Origin: Octopus vulgaris
Lineage: Eukaryota
Direction: 5' to 3'
Length of the DNA: 64,000 bases
NCBI GenBank assembly: GCA_951406725.2
Contig: OX597816.1
Coordinates: 144,336,001 to 144,400,000 of the forward strand
The notes below the pieces were generated by a model. It was not told the origin of the DNA. It did no database searches and saw nothing but the letters and a program-made list of their open reading frames with translations. Made by a program: the position numbers and the translations under genes. How positions within the stretch are numbered: the stretch's first letter is position 1; each line of letters starts with the position of its first letter. Positions 26,233 through 39,853 of the stretch are shown here, one piece after another.

Positions 26233-26525
26233 TTATCGTTATAATTATATGTATATACACACGTGTGTGCATGTGTGTGTGTGTGTTATTTTTATGTATG
26301 TATGTATGTATGTATGTATGTATGTATGTATGTATGTATGTGTTATTTAAAAACAACAGTTTGATTGGGTTCCATGTGTCTTAAAGATCTGAAGGTTCGC
26401 CAGATGAGCACACGATACTTTAAGTTACATGGGGCTCAATTAAGCTGTTTTTAAATAATAATATAGCTCCTACCAAATGTTCTGAGCGCCTCCTTTCTGT
26501 TGACTACTCACTCGTATAAATGTAT

Positions 26526-26602
<77 letters not shown>

Positions 26603-26980
26603 TGTTCTGTTCTATACACAATTGTGTTCTAGTTATTATGTCTTTTTCCATGTTTTTCTATAAAATCCCTGCAATTTGTTTCACGTAATAAAGTTTCTAA
26701 ATTCACCATCATCGTTTCTGAAGTCTTATCTTGTAAAGAAGAAGTTACGTTAAAGCATGTTGGTGCCTATTTCTTGTAGGCAGGGCTAATATTGGTGAAA
26801 GCGAGCGTTATTACAAAAATTTCAAATTTTTGACTTTTATATCTATTCGTCATCTGTAAGGTGTTTATTTTTGTTTAAAGCAATGAAGAAAAAAATTGAT
26901 AAAAACATGACACTACGTGGATACAATGCATGCCTAAAAGAACTGTTGATCTTCATATATATATATATATATATATATAT

Positions 26981-27127
26981 GGGAAGAATTCACAAAGAAA
27001 CAAATGACGAAGACAGGTGGTGTAGACAACAAACAGATGTATTAGTATAACGGTCGGGAAGTGAAAAAGTCTTTAACATTTTGAGCTTACGCTCTTCCAC
27101 AGAAAGGAACACAAAGAAACAAGGAGA

Positions 27128-27133
<6 letters not shown>
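26981..27133 (-). mobile_element. PLE-like terminal repeat family 1 with decayed hammerhead, inserted in (TA)n
   Basis: Minus strand cttt-CTGTGGA-a-gagc(gtaa)gctc-AAA-atgt-t-aaag; homologous to 9168-9335; pure TA tracts on both sides. Confidence 0.7.
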
Positions 27134-27191
<58 letters not shown>

Positions 27192-27959
27192 TATAAACAT
27201 ACTTATTGACACACGCGTATGCATATGTGTTTTTGTATTTCTGTATTTACAGATATTTTTCTGTACCTGTAGATATTGTTCGAGTGTGTTTGTGTATTGA
27301 TGTAATTTCCCTTCTAACAGATACATCGTCTGGCTTGAAACGTCAAGTAACTAATTAAATGCGTCAAACGTGAGATAAATAAACGTTAATTTCTCACATT
27401 AGCATAAGGCCATGTATTTGTAGAGAAGTTTACAAAGTTATTCAGAGAAAACGACCATGACTTTTCTCGACTGCAAATATGATGTTGGTGATTGACATGA
27501 GCCTAAAAACCGCCGATTTATGTCTGCAGGAAAAATGCGAGCAGAAAGACAATTTGGACAGAATAATTGAATGCAACATAACCCCCATAGAGATACCAAA
27601 AGACTAGGTACCACTGTAAAACTGGGTGACTCAATTTGACAGCAGTAGGTCAGTGCTACAAATTGCATTAGACCCAGACGAATGAAGGTCCAAGTTAACG
27701 GGAGGTAACTGATTGCTGCAAATCTTGTTCTCAACTTTTCTGCCATTCTACAACATATTTATTCCTCGCGCTATAGGCTTCGAATTGAAAACGTACATAT
27801 ATTCATGCGAGCGCAGAGTGAGTTTACACTTATGCACAGTATAGAGAAAATAGCACTATAATGGTTCCGTGTTTACACAGTCATTTATTCTGGCATATCA
27901 CTCAGAAACGTATTTGCATGCAGTTTATTCATTCAACTTCACGATAGTATAATAATTTC

Positions 27960-29070
27960 GGGTTTTTCCGTTGGTGTCACAGATTTAAAAATTTCAAAAT
28001 TAAACAAAAGTTTTCAAGTTTGGTTTACTGATATAAGTTTTCACGCTGAATCCGATTTTATTACTTATTTGTTCCATAGATTTGTTTAGGATTTTGCTTA
28101 GGACTTTGCATGTTGCAGGGGTTTAAAGTTTGATAATTTTTATCCAATCAGAAAACAGGATTTTTGTCTACCACAGAACAAAAGCAAAAACATTACGACG
28201 ACGAATTTTTATCAAACAAAATTAATGAAAAAAATTATGGTGACGTTCGTTGTTAGCAGCTTTGAAGTTTTAATAAGCTTTAATGAATAAAGTTATGCAA
28301 AACGATCGAACAGGAAGGTTATTTATAAAGGGAAAAATCCTCAATGAAAGTGTTTTCGAAAAATCACAAAATGACAGCAGAGGTGAATGTTAGGGTTAAG
28401 GTTGGAGTTAAGAGTCAGGGCTTAGGGTTAGGGTTTAAGGTTAAAATTTAAGGCTAGATTGAGAGCTAGAGTTTAGGGTTAGCGTTTAGTGTTAGTGTTT
28501 AGGGTTAGGGTTTGATGTGTCGTCAAAAAATTACGTAGGCTAAAAGAATGTATATGTGGTGGTGAGTCTCTCTTCACACAATTTCCTCTTGAAAGTAAGA
28601 AACCGCATTCACCTCGGTTTTCATTTTCTACATCGTATTCGGAACGCTATACGAGTTGGTAGTGCTATACTTATATTTAGGTTGGAAAGGTTCAAAAAAC
28701 ATACAGTTAAAAATTATGAAAATGAGGTAATATCCGTTTCTCAAAACACAAAAGTGAAAATGAAGAAAACGAGGTAACATAAAAAAAATGCACAGGTAAA
28801 GAAAATACACGTGGTGGTGTTTTAAGCAGATTACAGCTTCGCTTGCTTATATGGAAACAGGCACCAATGTATCTGGCTTTCGACTGGTTAAAATTATCCC
28901 AAATTCGCAAACTTTAAAAGCTATTAACTTTTTATTTATTAATTTATGGCAAAAATGTATTTCATTTTACTAATTAGCATACAAAAATAAATCAGTACAC
29001 CAAATTTGAAAACCGTTGGGATAAAATTAAAAGAAGAAAGAAAAATGTGACAGTAATAGAAAAGATCCAT
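27960..29070. mobile_element. Old non-autonomous DNA transposon with diverged ~200-bp inverted ends
   Basis: tgtcaca, gttttcaagtttggtttactgat and gataatttttatccaatc at 27960-28155 recur in inverted order at 28880-29068. Confidence 0.5.
28389..28513 (+). repeat. Degenerate telomere-like (TTAGGG)n tract
   Basis: gttagggttaaggttggagttaagagtcagggcttagggttagggtttaagg..tttagggttagggttt. Confidence 0.7.
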
Positions 29071-29361
29071 AATTTCTCTCAGGTGACAGAGTTTCGTTGT
29101 TTCTGTACTCAAATGACAAAACATTTAAACAGTCAGAAAAAGGCTTGAGGTTCTTCAATGTTTGACTCGCTGCAAACAGCAGCATCCCATGAATGACAAA
29201 ACAAGACATTTTACAACCGGTACGGATTAAACTTAGTCCCATTCATTCACATGAAATAGTCTTTCGTCGACGAAAAATGATTTAGACAACTCTGAAGAAA
29301 TGAAGGCGATTGGAAGAAAGAGGAAAACGGCTGTTCAGATTTGTAGATAAACATATCAGCT

Positions 29362-29459
<98 letters not shown>

Positions 29460-31790
29460 ACCAACGTTATGTATGTATGTATGTATGTAAACATATGCCA
29501 CTATTTTCTTGGTGCCGAACGATGTCTACTGGGTGACCTCTTCAACAAGGTCACACTCCCGAATATTTTCGTAGAGTAAACACACGACTTGGGCCTCCTT
29601 GAATGGCATGATAACAGCATCTTTACCGTGTGATAATCACAACAAGGATAAAATACAGTTACCCCCCACTATTCCTCAATCGCTTTGAATTAGCAGCCAA
29701 ATCACACAGTCATTCGCGCCAAGTTTTAGATTCACGGATATCTTCCTTCTTTTCCTCCCATTCTGGGAAGCCTTCCTGGCTAATCATTAAAAAAGAAAAA
29801 GTAAAAACACAAACAAACAAAAACAAAAAACAAAACAAAACACACTTCTCTCCACAAATGTGTGGCCTTGTTCCTAAATTAAAGATCATTACTTAGAAGT
29901 ACGGAGGCGGGGTACGGCAGTATTTAGGTGATGTCGTGTTGCTTTCTTTCTGAGTTCAATTCTTGCCAAAATCAACTTTAACTTTCAATCCTAAGATAAA
30001 TACCAGTCAATAAAATAAAATATGTATTTAATAACTGAATGTTCCAGAACGGTGTTTACGGAACCCTTTAGTTGTTTTCAACCTAAAGATGAATGAAAGT
30101 TACCAGTTGGTTTGCAGTACCTCTTTTTTTAAAAATTAAAACAAGTGTGAGATTAGTTTTCAGTCATTTTGTATACGTCTATAGGATTTTGACAAAAGGT
30201 ATTTTGCTTCATTTTTATTGTTAGAACATTTTTGGTCGATATGGCAATGTAAATGAAATATTGCCAGAAAATAACAAAAAGGAATGCCCTCAACACTTTT
30301 GAATGCCAATATTACAATGTTCTTTGAGGAATCTAGGTTATTCGTACGTTAACATGCTAGCTTGCTAGCTACTCACAAGTTTCATAAAAATGTCTTGTTT
30401 CTCCAACAGAAAAAGAGAGAGAAAAAAAAAGGATGATACACGAAACAATTTGATGATACAGATGACACTCTCCCACTCACACTGTGGTTTTGTGGGATGA
30501 GAAGAGGTATGAATCACATTAAGGTTGAAAATAAACTGTTTTAACTAACAATGATTAACTATTGTTAAAAGAAAGCCTGACAAGAATTAACTTTCGTTAT
30601 TTCTAGGAATGTAACACAAAGTCTTTCACCGCAACAGTTTTCAAAGATAAATGATTTCTAACAGAGACCCAAGGCCGCACATAATTGGTGGTGGTGGTGT
30701 GGGCGAAGGGGGAAGGGGAAAATTGGATTTACACTAGTATTTGACTGAATTTACTGCGTTTTGTCTCATCAATGAATAAATACAATATTTTTCATACAAT
30801 TAGCAGAAATTCATAATCCGACATCTGAATTATCGTGCGACCTTTACTTGAAAGCTAAAAATGCAGGTATACTATAGCTATACTTGTAATATAAACAATT
30901 ACGCAAATTCCGTCGAAGTTGACTTTGCTTTTCATCCTTTTACGAACCAACGAAAGAAGCTTTATGTGGTCTTTCGTTCTGCTAAAAATAGCAGCTAAAT
31001 CTCAAATCATGCATCCTTATCTTAAAAAGAAGGAAACATTAAACAATCTCGTCCTTGATATCAAAATGGTAGGCCGCTCACGACTGGAACGATTTTGATC
31101 GCAGGTTTTTCTTGTTCAGAGTTGACTGCTAAACAACAACCTGAAATATGTATTCCTATAACGTCGAGTCTGATCATCGATCCATACACCCCAGAACCAC
31201 CCCCATTTTAAGCATCACTTTAGATCTATGCAAAAATAAGGTCCAAGCAGTTAGCGGAGTAACTTCTTGAGCACTTGACTTAATTTTCATCCTTTTGTCA
31301 CTGTAGACATTACGTTTCCACGGTAGACATTACGAGCTTTAATGTTTAGGAAATATGGCTGACTTTTTCGTTCGCATCAAGCCCTTTAAAAAAAAAAAAA
31401 TCAAATTTAATGTCCAGTGTATTCCTTTTGCAGTTCCTTTTCGTATTGTTGTTTTCATTTCCGCTTGTTGGTTTCTTTCTAGACATCTTGAATTTATAAG
31501 TAAATCCAACAGTAGCAGCAATCAATAATTATCCACAACAAATATGTAGTAAAAAAGAACACCAAGAAAGAACTGTTTTGTGAGAGAAAAATGTTGCTCT
31601 TATTCTTAGAGATATTGCGAAGGTAAAGGAGTGGAGTGGGAGAAAGAACTGTGTGATTATAGGTAGTTGAAAGAGTAACCCGGCTCATAGGCACATCATC
31701 CCTTGCGTCTCTGACTTGAGTCACAAAAACGTCTCACTTTACTTCTGTCTACCTGTCAATATGTTTGTCTGTCTGTCTGGCTGTCTCTCC

Positions 31791-31839
<49 letters not shown>

Positions 31840-32739
31840 TACATACACACCGCTGGGTTAACATACAAAATATGCAGTTATAGATATTGCAACCATGCTC
31901 ATACTATTGTAACTGTTGCCAGTTGGTTATTCAAAAGTTGGCGGGTTGGTAGTGATGGTGGTGATTGTTGTATTGGCTTTGATGTTGATGATGGTGTGGG
32001 GTTTTGTTGGTGTTAATCGTATTGTTGTTGATGTTTCGTCTCAAATCATTCCTCACTGACCTAAATTCAAAGACTCTTCATTCAACTTTCAAAATACACT
32101 AGGGAACCACATTATCTCATGTGATTATCTCTTATTTAAGATGGAATTGCTTATCTTGTTCATACAGTTGTTGCTGTTGTTGGTTATTAAGGGGTTGGTA
32201 ATATGGTTGCATTAGTTTTGATGTTGATGGTGGTTATGTTGGTGCTGATGGCAGATAGTGGTGGTGAAGATGCATATGTATGTATGCCATTATTCAGTTT
32301 TATTTCAAGGTTTCTTGTCAATAGAGAAAGAACTGGTTTCTAACCTAGATCCAAGGCTCCTTCACTGGAATTTCAACAATTTCAACAGGATATTTTTGTC
32401 TGTATGCATATATATGTGCAGATTTGTGTATTGTTTTATGTATGTATTCTCATGCATTATAGTTGCATGTCTAAACATGCTCATATATACTTAAATGATA
32501 AACTTCTGGAAGGTTTTACTGATGTATGTATGTATGTATGTATGTATGTATGTATGTATGTATGTATGTATGTATGTATGTTTGTATGTATGTATGTATG
32601 TTTGTATGTATGTATGTATGTGCGTGCCTGTGAGCGCATATCTATATACATGGGTGAGTCGAACAACGAAAAAAAGACTTTCAACTCTTTTAGCAAGAGT
32701 TATATATATTTAAAGCAGTTTGATTCGGCTCCATACTAC

Positions 32740-32848
32740 TTAAAGTTTCGTAGGCTTCTTACGGAAACCCAGCTCATCGGACTCTGTTAACCTGAATCCA
32801 GCTGAGCCCTGCGAGCTAGCCATCTGTAAGAAGCCTTCGAAGCTTTAA
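32740..32848. mobile_element. Small MITE with TTAA flanks and AG..CT termini (Kolobok-like)
   Basis: TTAA|agtttcgtaggcttcttacgga ... tctgtaagaagccttcgaagct|TTAA; 22-bp TIR with 3 mismatches. Confidence 0.6.
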
Positions 32849-32860
32849 ATCGAGCCATGA

Positions 32861-33000
32861 GGGCCGGTTTTCCGGTTTCAATGACGTATATATTCCAAAC
32901 CTGGAGGAGACGCCGGTCCGTCGCAGAATTATTAATTTTTGACAGCTAAATGAACTGGAGCAACGTGCAATGAAGTGCTTTGTTCAAGAACACAACGCGT
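32861..33000 (-). mobile_element. SINE fragment sharing its central domain with 60018-60341
   Basis: aactggagcaacgtgcaatgaagtgctttgttcaagaacacaacgcg resembles gactgcagcaatgtgaaataaagtgtcttgcccatggacacaacgcg at ~60225-60271. Confidence 0.6.
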
Positions 33001-33016
33001 CAAGAACACAACGTAC

Positions 33017-33936
33017 CGGACAAACGGGACGCCGCTTGGCTGAGCGGTCTGAGTATTCGGATTGTCCTTGTACAGGGGCCATCCGGACTCCCGTTTGTGC
33101 CGTGAACAAGGATTAATCTTCTCTCTTCGCTCCTTTGAGCCATATGGGCTCAACTCTCCTCCCCACTTCATCTAACCTCCTCTCCTCTTCCTCTCACATC
33201 TACTTCCCCCACCCACCTCTCCTCTCTTGCTCCGACTCCTACTTCTTCTCTTCACTCCTACTCTCCTTCTCTCTTCTCTTCACTCCTACCCAACTTCTCA
33301 CTTATCCCTCTCCCTTCATCGTCACCTCTCCCTCGTAACCCTACCCCACACAATCCAACTCCACCTTCCCTATCCATCCAATCACACCCCACTCGATCCC
33401 TTACACCCACTCCCACATACCCAACTTCTACCACCACCCTCAGCCTACCCGCATACCCCACCTCTACCGCCACACTCAGCCTAACCCACACCCCACCCTT
33501 GCTTTCCCCACTCTCACCTCCCCACATCCCAACACCATCCACCACACTACACACCACTACACCATACACCACCATACCACACAACACCACATTACATCAT
33601 ATCACATCACCTCACACCATCACATACACACTAGCACTCACCACTTCCCAGCCACACATCTACACACCTAAACATACACACACACATCAAGACTATTGAA
33701 AAGGTTGCAAGACGCAATGAAATTTTAGGAAAATAAAAATAAGAAATAAGTGGAAATTTTACCGGTGAGTGTGTTAAATTATAAGGCACAAAAAATGACT
33801 CTCCCCAGACAGAATATATACAGCCGAAATTGCGAGGATGATCCGGTTCTTGACTGAAGATTGAAGGCTTCGAATGTCCCATCCGTGTTTTTTGTATCGT
33901 CTTCTAGATGTTTTGCGTTCTTGTCCCAGTTTGTAA

Positions 33937-33941
<5 letters not shown>
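33017..33941 (+). mobile_element. 5'-truncated Penelope-like element: GIY-YIG C-terminus, C-rich 3' region and terminal repeat family 5
   Basis: 33053-33174 translates VFGLSLYRGHPDSRLCREQGLIFSLRSFEPYGLNSPPHFI* (R..EQ..I..L....P.GLN end motif of PLE GIY-YIG); 33810-33941 is homologous to 49480-49610. Confidence 0.75.
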
Positions 33942-33990
<49 letters not shown>

Positions 33991-34048
33991 CATACTATAA
34001 CGACAGATGACAAGCGAAAGCGCAGACACGAGGCTATGTAAAATATAT

Positions 34049-34290
34049 AGTTAATCCAAACATGAACAAAGAGAAAACACAACAGCGCGAGGACGTGGAA
34101 CAAGTATAGTGTTATTAGATGCTCAGGAAAGGAAAGAAAGAAGGAGGATTTAACGTTTCGAGCGGAGCTCTTCGTCAGAAACATAGAAAAAGGAAAGGTC
34201 CAAGGAAGGGAAGACAGAGAAAGAAAATCGCCACCGATACACACGCGGTCACATATTGAAATGACCACAAAGGGTGAAGAAAAAGTTCTT
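34049..34290 (-). mobile_element. PLE-like terminal repeat family 2 with hammerhead (may extend through GT-rich sequence to ~34590)
   Basis: Homologous to 10635-10782 in reverse orientation. Confidence 0.7.
34148..34182 (-). ncRNA. Minimal type-I hammerhead ribozyme
   Basis: Minus strand gttt-CTGACGA-a-gagc(tcc)gctc-GAA-ACGT-T-aaat; canonical core, GUU site, weak stem I. Confidence 0.75.
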
Positions 34291-34599
34291 TCAAAGACAG
34301 GAGAATGCAAGAGAAGGAGGTATGTGTGTGAATGTGTGGATATGTGCGTGCGCGCAGGTCTGTGTGTATATGTGTGTGTGTGTGGTTGTAGCTGTTTATC
34401 TATGTGTGTGGTTGGGCTTAGTATCGTTTAAGGTCATAGAAAGAAGTTATAGTAAGAATTTTGGTAGGAGTGGCTGCCTGTTGTGTGTCTACCTACACAT
34501 GTGCGTAGGAGAATGGTCAGTAGAAGGTACTGGTAATTTGAAGTATGTGTGTGTGCGTGTATGTATATGTAGTGTGTGTGTGTGTGTGCGTTTTGTTTG

Positions 34600-34783
34600 C
34601 AATATATATATACATATATATACACGATGGGCTTCTTTCAGTTTCCGTCTACGAAATCCACTCACAATGCTTTGGTCGGCCCATGACTATAGTAGAAGAC
34701 ACTTGCTCAAGGTGCCACGCAGCAGAACTGAACCCAGAACCATGAGGTTAGGAAGCAAGCTACTTACCACACAGCCACACCTG
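34600..34783 (-). mobile_element. SINE family A 5' half
   Basis: Matches head of family A up to the internal TA tract. Confidence 0.8.
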
Positions 34784-35142
34784 TGGATATCTACACAGTA
34801 CCAGCCGAGGAAAAGATATACAAGCACTTGTGTTCACCCCCACCCAGCACACTCATATGTATATATATATTATGTATGGTAATTGCAATTTTCAGATTAA
34901 CTACTTTTATTTCACCGAGAAACAGCCTTTTCGCTAAGAAGAAAGAATACTTTACAAATGCTTAAAATTTATCCGAGTATTCGTAAGAGCGAAATTTCCG
35001 ACCCTGTCCTGAAATAAGAGATCAAACTTTGCAAATTCCGTAAGTGCGAAATCTCGTAACCTGAGGTAGTCGTGACGCGGGTATGTTTGTATTCACTGTT
35101 TCTAACCACAAATTTTGCCTGTTTTTTTTTCTATGTTGGGAT

Positions 35143-35292
35143 CTATTCAATTTGACGGCCAGATTTTTTAATTATTTTTTTTAACTAAACATTTTGAAAC
35201 TTCGGATACTGGTAGAATGTATCATTGGCACTTATCAAACACGAATTTGGCCGTTGTCGCTCTAACTTCAGCCTATTATTAATGTGTGTGTG

Positions 35293-35368
<76 letters not shown>

Positions 35369-35623
35369 AGATATATAGAATGAACTCGGAAGTTGTTGTT
35401 CGCAAACAGCAGCAATAATTTTCTTCAGCTGAATACAGGTCATTGATTGGTTAAAATTACCCAAATACGACAACTTTAACACGAAATAACTTCTAAAATA
35501 CAAAATTTTGTCAAAAACGTTAAGAGTAAACCCTGTTCTATGTGACACATCCTACCACTATCCGAAGTTTCAAAGAGTTTAATTTAAAAAATAATAAAAA
35601 AATTTGGCCGTCAAATTGAATAG
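35143..35623. mobile_element. MITE with ~80-bp imperfect TIRs and central (TA)n
   Basis: ctattcaatttgacggcca..tttgaaacttcggatactggtag versus ctaccactatccgaagtttcaaa..tggccgtcaaattgaatag. Confidence 0.8.
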
Positions 35624-35713
35624 TTCGCTATGTTGTTTCCCTCTTACGCATACGAACCTTCTCTCTCTTACTCACTCTCTCTTTCTCTGTATGCATGTAT
35701 GTATGTTAAGTGT

Positions 35714-35762
<49 letters not shown>

Positions 35763-37199
35763 TGTGTATGTACGTGCGTGCGAGTGCACGTCAAAAGATC
35801 AGCGTTTAAACCTGATGTTTAGAGCACGTATACGAAGGCACATACACGCACTTACTAAAGCATTCACGCACACACATACAGTCACATTACATCCATAAAA
35901 TTTGCTTCTTTTCCAAAACTTTTACTCGAGATCCTCGTTTCTTATCTGTTGGCTCTTTTCCTTATCTCCCCAACTCCACTACTTTAGTTTTTAATTTTCC
36001 ATCCAAACAAAATTTCGTCTCTTCCTTCATTCAGACAGTTGATCATATTTTTCCACCATCACTCACTAAAGTACCAAACTGTCATAGCAACTACAACCGA
36101 GGCGACCAACCAGCCATTCAACCAGTCACTAAATTAACTATACGTTCCACAACCACTTATTCAACATATCGAGTTACGACCCTCTCTCTCTCTTACATCT
36201 CAGCATACACCCCAAATTTTAAACTCCTACTTTCTAAGTCAGCTTCTGCCATCTCAGTAGGGAGGGCTACCTTAAGACAACAATTTCTTCTACAGTAGCA
36301 TTTCCGTATAACAACATTTTAACTAATTATTTACCCGCGAACGGAGAGCTACCTCATAACGTTAATGAAATCTATTCACACCAGAAAAAAATAAATGAGA
36401 GAAACATTACAGCAATGTGATGTGATGTGATGATAATATAGCTTGATGGCGAAGAGATAGTTTTAATTCTGAGATACTGATAATTAAAATAAAAGTATTT
36501 GATGACTCAAAATAACAGTCATATTCTCTTCAAATCACGCCCTGTAATCTGGAGTCGGAGATTTACAAAAAGATAGAGTGGTCACAGCTGAAAAGCCTTC
36601 AATTACACGTCAATTCAACCAGGGCTGACCTTGAGTTAAAGAAAAATAACATTTAAATAACACATAAATAATATGCATACACTGCTCAGAATCAGAAATA
36701 TCTGTCTATCTATCAGACAGATTATGTATAAAACCAACGGTCAAAATGAAATTCTGGCAAGAATGTTTATATATCTGTAATAAAGGGATAGCATCATTCA
36801 CCAACGTCACTCCACACTGAAGATGAGACCATGACGGTCTAGAGACTTTACTGACGGCTTGGTAACTGTTCCAATTAAGCTGTAGGAAAACATATTTCTT
36901 TAGGTGGGCACTTGAACAATCGGGGACTTCTAAATATCACACTGGTATATAGAGTGTTTTTGCATATGTACACATACATACGTATGTATGTATGTATGTA
37001 TGTATGTATGTATGTATGTATGTATGTATGTATGTATGTATGTATGTATGTATGTATGTATTATGTATGTATGTATGTATATTATCTATCTATCTATCTA
37101 TCTATATAAAATCTTGAAGAGTGTTTTTTTATTATAAAGTTTGTGCTGTCGACAGATCAAGTGTACATTACAACACGTATGTCTCACAATTAGACACCG

Positions 37200-38130
37200 C
37201 TTCAATTGATTAATCCCACCGTACCATAAATGCTGTGATTAAAACAATCATACCATCCAGAATATGGCAAGCTCTATTCAACAAAGTATAAAGGTAACCA
37301 TCCACTCTCCGTCTAAACACCCCAACAAAAGACTATCGATTTTAGATACTGAACAATGGATTGAAATTATAAGTGGCAAAAAACAACTACTCGACTCGAA
37401 TTACATGAAACCTAAGGCCACAAAGCACTTAATCTTCGAGAGCTCTGCAATGTATACCAATGCAAAAAACAACTTGATAGCTAATCTATTAAGGATAATG
37501 AGAAATGTATCTCGAATGTGTCCATCTTGCGAACAAGGTTTTATCCATTGCATGCGATTTTCTGGATATAACTAAGAAGAGCTAATCAGAATGTGTAGAA
37601 AAACACTCCTCTACCAAAGTTTGAAACTATAATCAGCAGTATTTCAAAGTGTGCCGGAGCCAATTCAGGAACAAGATGGGAAAGGAAAAAAAAAAAAATG
37701 GAACTTGACTAGAAAAGCTCTAGGTATGACATCAACAAATTTCAAGAGATGACATTCATCAATGCTTCGTACAGAGATGAAAAATCTTACAAAGTTAAAA
37801 AAGCACTACACGAAACAAACTTTAAAAATCATAGTAGTATAAAAAAAAAAATCACTGCCAGACACATCAAATTACTAAAGAAAAAAACCTTCCACTAAAA
37901 CAACTGTTGAATATGCACAACCTGCCCACAGATACATTGCAAAGAAGAAATGCAGTGTACTATATGCCCTTAGAAGGGCATCTCACAACCACAACATATA
38001 TAGGTCATAGACCTGCAGTATAGGTGGTAGGATCAAAGAACTGCGTTTACAGGCTTTAGTATGAGTCTTCCAATATATAACAATATCGGTTTCAACATAT
38101 TCAGATAAACATTCAGGTAACATAAAAATG
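37200..38130 (+). mobile_element. Decayed Penelope-like element (RT C-terminal part, Zn-finger linker, GIY-YIG remnant)
   Basis: SIKVTIHSPSKHPNKRLSILDTEQW..YMKPKATKHLIFESSAM..LLRIMRNVS..MRFSGY; later ICTTCPQIHC, CTICP and TTYIGH fragments. Confidence 0.75.
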
Positions 38131-38743
38131 CTATGTATGTGTGTGTGCATTCATTTATTATTTTGATTTATAAACAATAAAACAACAAGAGTAAAGAAAC
38201 AACTTTGTGCTTTAAAAAAAAATGAAAACAAACGAAGGCTGTACGTGTGACTATATATACTTTCCAAAAAATTTTGGCCTTCGGTCTTCGCCCTGCACCG
38301 GACACACATAAAAAATTTACTGACGAAATCAGACATACACGCACACACATACATAGACATAGATACACACAGATATTTATGCTCCATCTTGGTTCAAATA
38401 GTGTATATATCTCTTTAAATACTCACACATACATACGGAGTTATGGAAGATTAGTAATCCTAAATGAGCTCATACTATTGAAAGTAAGGTGATAGATATA
38501 TTGAAATGGCGGCCATCAACGTGTCTCCTCGTATCACTCATACAGAATATGAAATTAATATAAACGCTATGTCTCTGATCGTGTGCACATAAAGCGTTGG
38601 TTCTGGCGATAAATTTTCCAGTAGTTTGAACAAACGAGCTTGTTATTCACTATATGTCACGCTGATGTTGCCTAATAATTACATCAAAGTACAAATGAAT
38701 ATTTCCACTATGATTCCATGAGCAAGCAGCATCGTTAGTATAT

Positions 38744-38913
38744 ACTCTTACTCTTTTACTCTTTTACTTGTTTCAGTCATTTGACTGTGGCCATGCTAGA
38801 GCACTGCATTTAGTCGAGCAAATCGACCCCAGGACTTATTCTTTTGCCGAACCACTAGATTACGGTGACGTAAACACACCACCATCGGTTGTCAAGCGAT
38901 GTTGGGGGGACAA

Positions 38914-38999
<86 letters not shown>

Positions 39000-39163
39000 G
39001 ACGGGCGTCTTTTAACTTTCCGTCTACCAAATCCACTCACAAGGCTTTGGTCGACCCGAGGCTATAGTAGAAGAGACTTGCCCAAGGTGCCACGCAGTGG
39101 GACTGAACCCGGAACCATGTGATTGGCTAACAAGCTACTTACCACACAGCCACTCCTACGCCT
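38744..39163 (-). mobile_element. SINE family A, full-length with small internal deletion
   Basis: Colinear with 24399-24806. Confidence 0.9.
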
Positions 39164-39807
39164 ATATATATATATATATATAATACTAGCAGAATATATA
39201 TGTATGTGTGTGTGTGTCTATGTGTGTGCATGTGCGTGTGCGCATACGTGTGTGCACGCGCGCGTACATATATACACACAACCAACAATACCTTCACTAT
39301 ATCATTGACACTAACTATGCCATCATTGCTATCATCAACACCAATTACACAACTGTTTCCGTTACAACAAGCAAACAAGGACACCATTAAAAACAGTGAG
39401 GAAGCCTCTAGGCGGTTCCTCAACAACTAGAAAAGCAGCTAAATCTTCATTAAATTACACCTAACGCCACCAAATGAGTTCGTTTTGAGTCATAGATATA
39501 TTTTGTGTGAATTAAAGAAGGTATGAGCAAGGCTGGAGTGCTTTTGACCATGCATTTGTTCGATTAGTGCTGGCCGGGTGGCTAAACAGCTACAATAGAA
39601 ATATCTTTCTGCTAATCACCCGGCCAATAGAAAATATGAACTGATGAAGAAGCAAGTACATATCTATCAATCTGATAGATATAGCAGCCATATCTCTACA
39701 TCAAACATCACTATCCCTACCGTTCAATATTTAAGAGATGAGGAATTATGTACATTATTTACATTATTTACATTTGACGGATATTTGTCCTCATCTTGTT
39801 TGTTGTT

Positions 39808-39853
39808 AACACAACGTTTCGGCTGATATACCCTCCAGCCTTCTTCAGGTGTT
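39808..39853 (-). ncRNA. Minimal type-I hammerhead ribozyme (complete)
   Basis: Minus strand aacac-CTGAAGA-a-ggctg(gagggtatat)cagcc-GAA-ACGT-T-gtgtt: 5-bp stems I and II, canonical core. Confidence 0.85.

Noticed and set aside
27310-27350. gaaacgtc preceded by ctt..aag pairing
   Set aside because: No CUGANGA-like core upstream.
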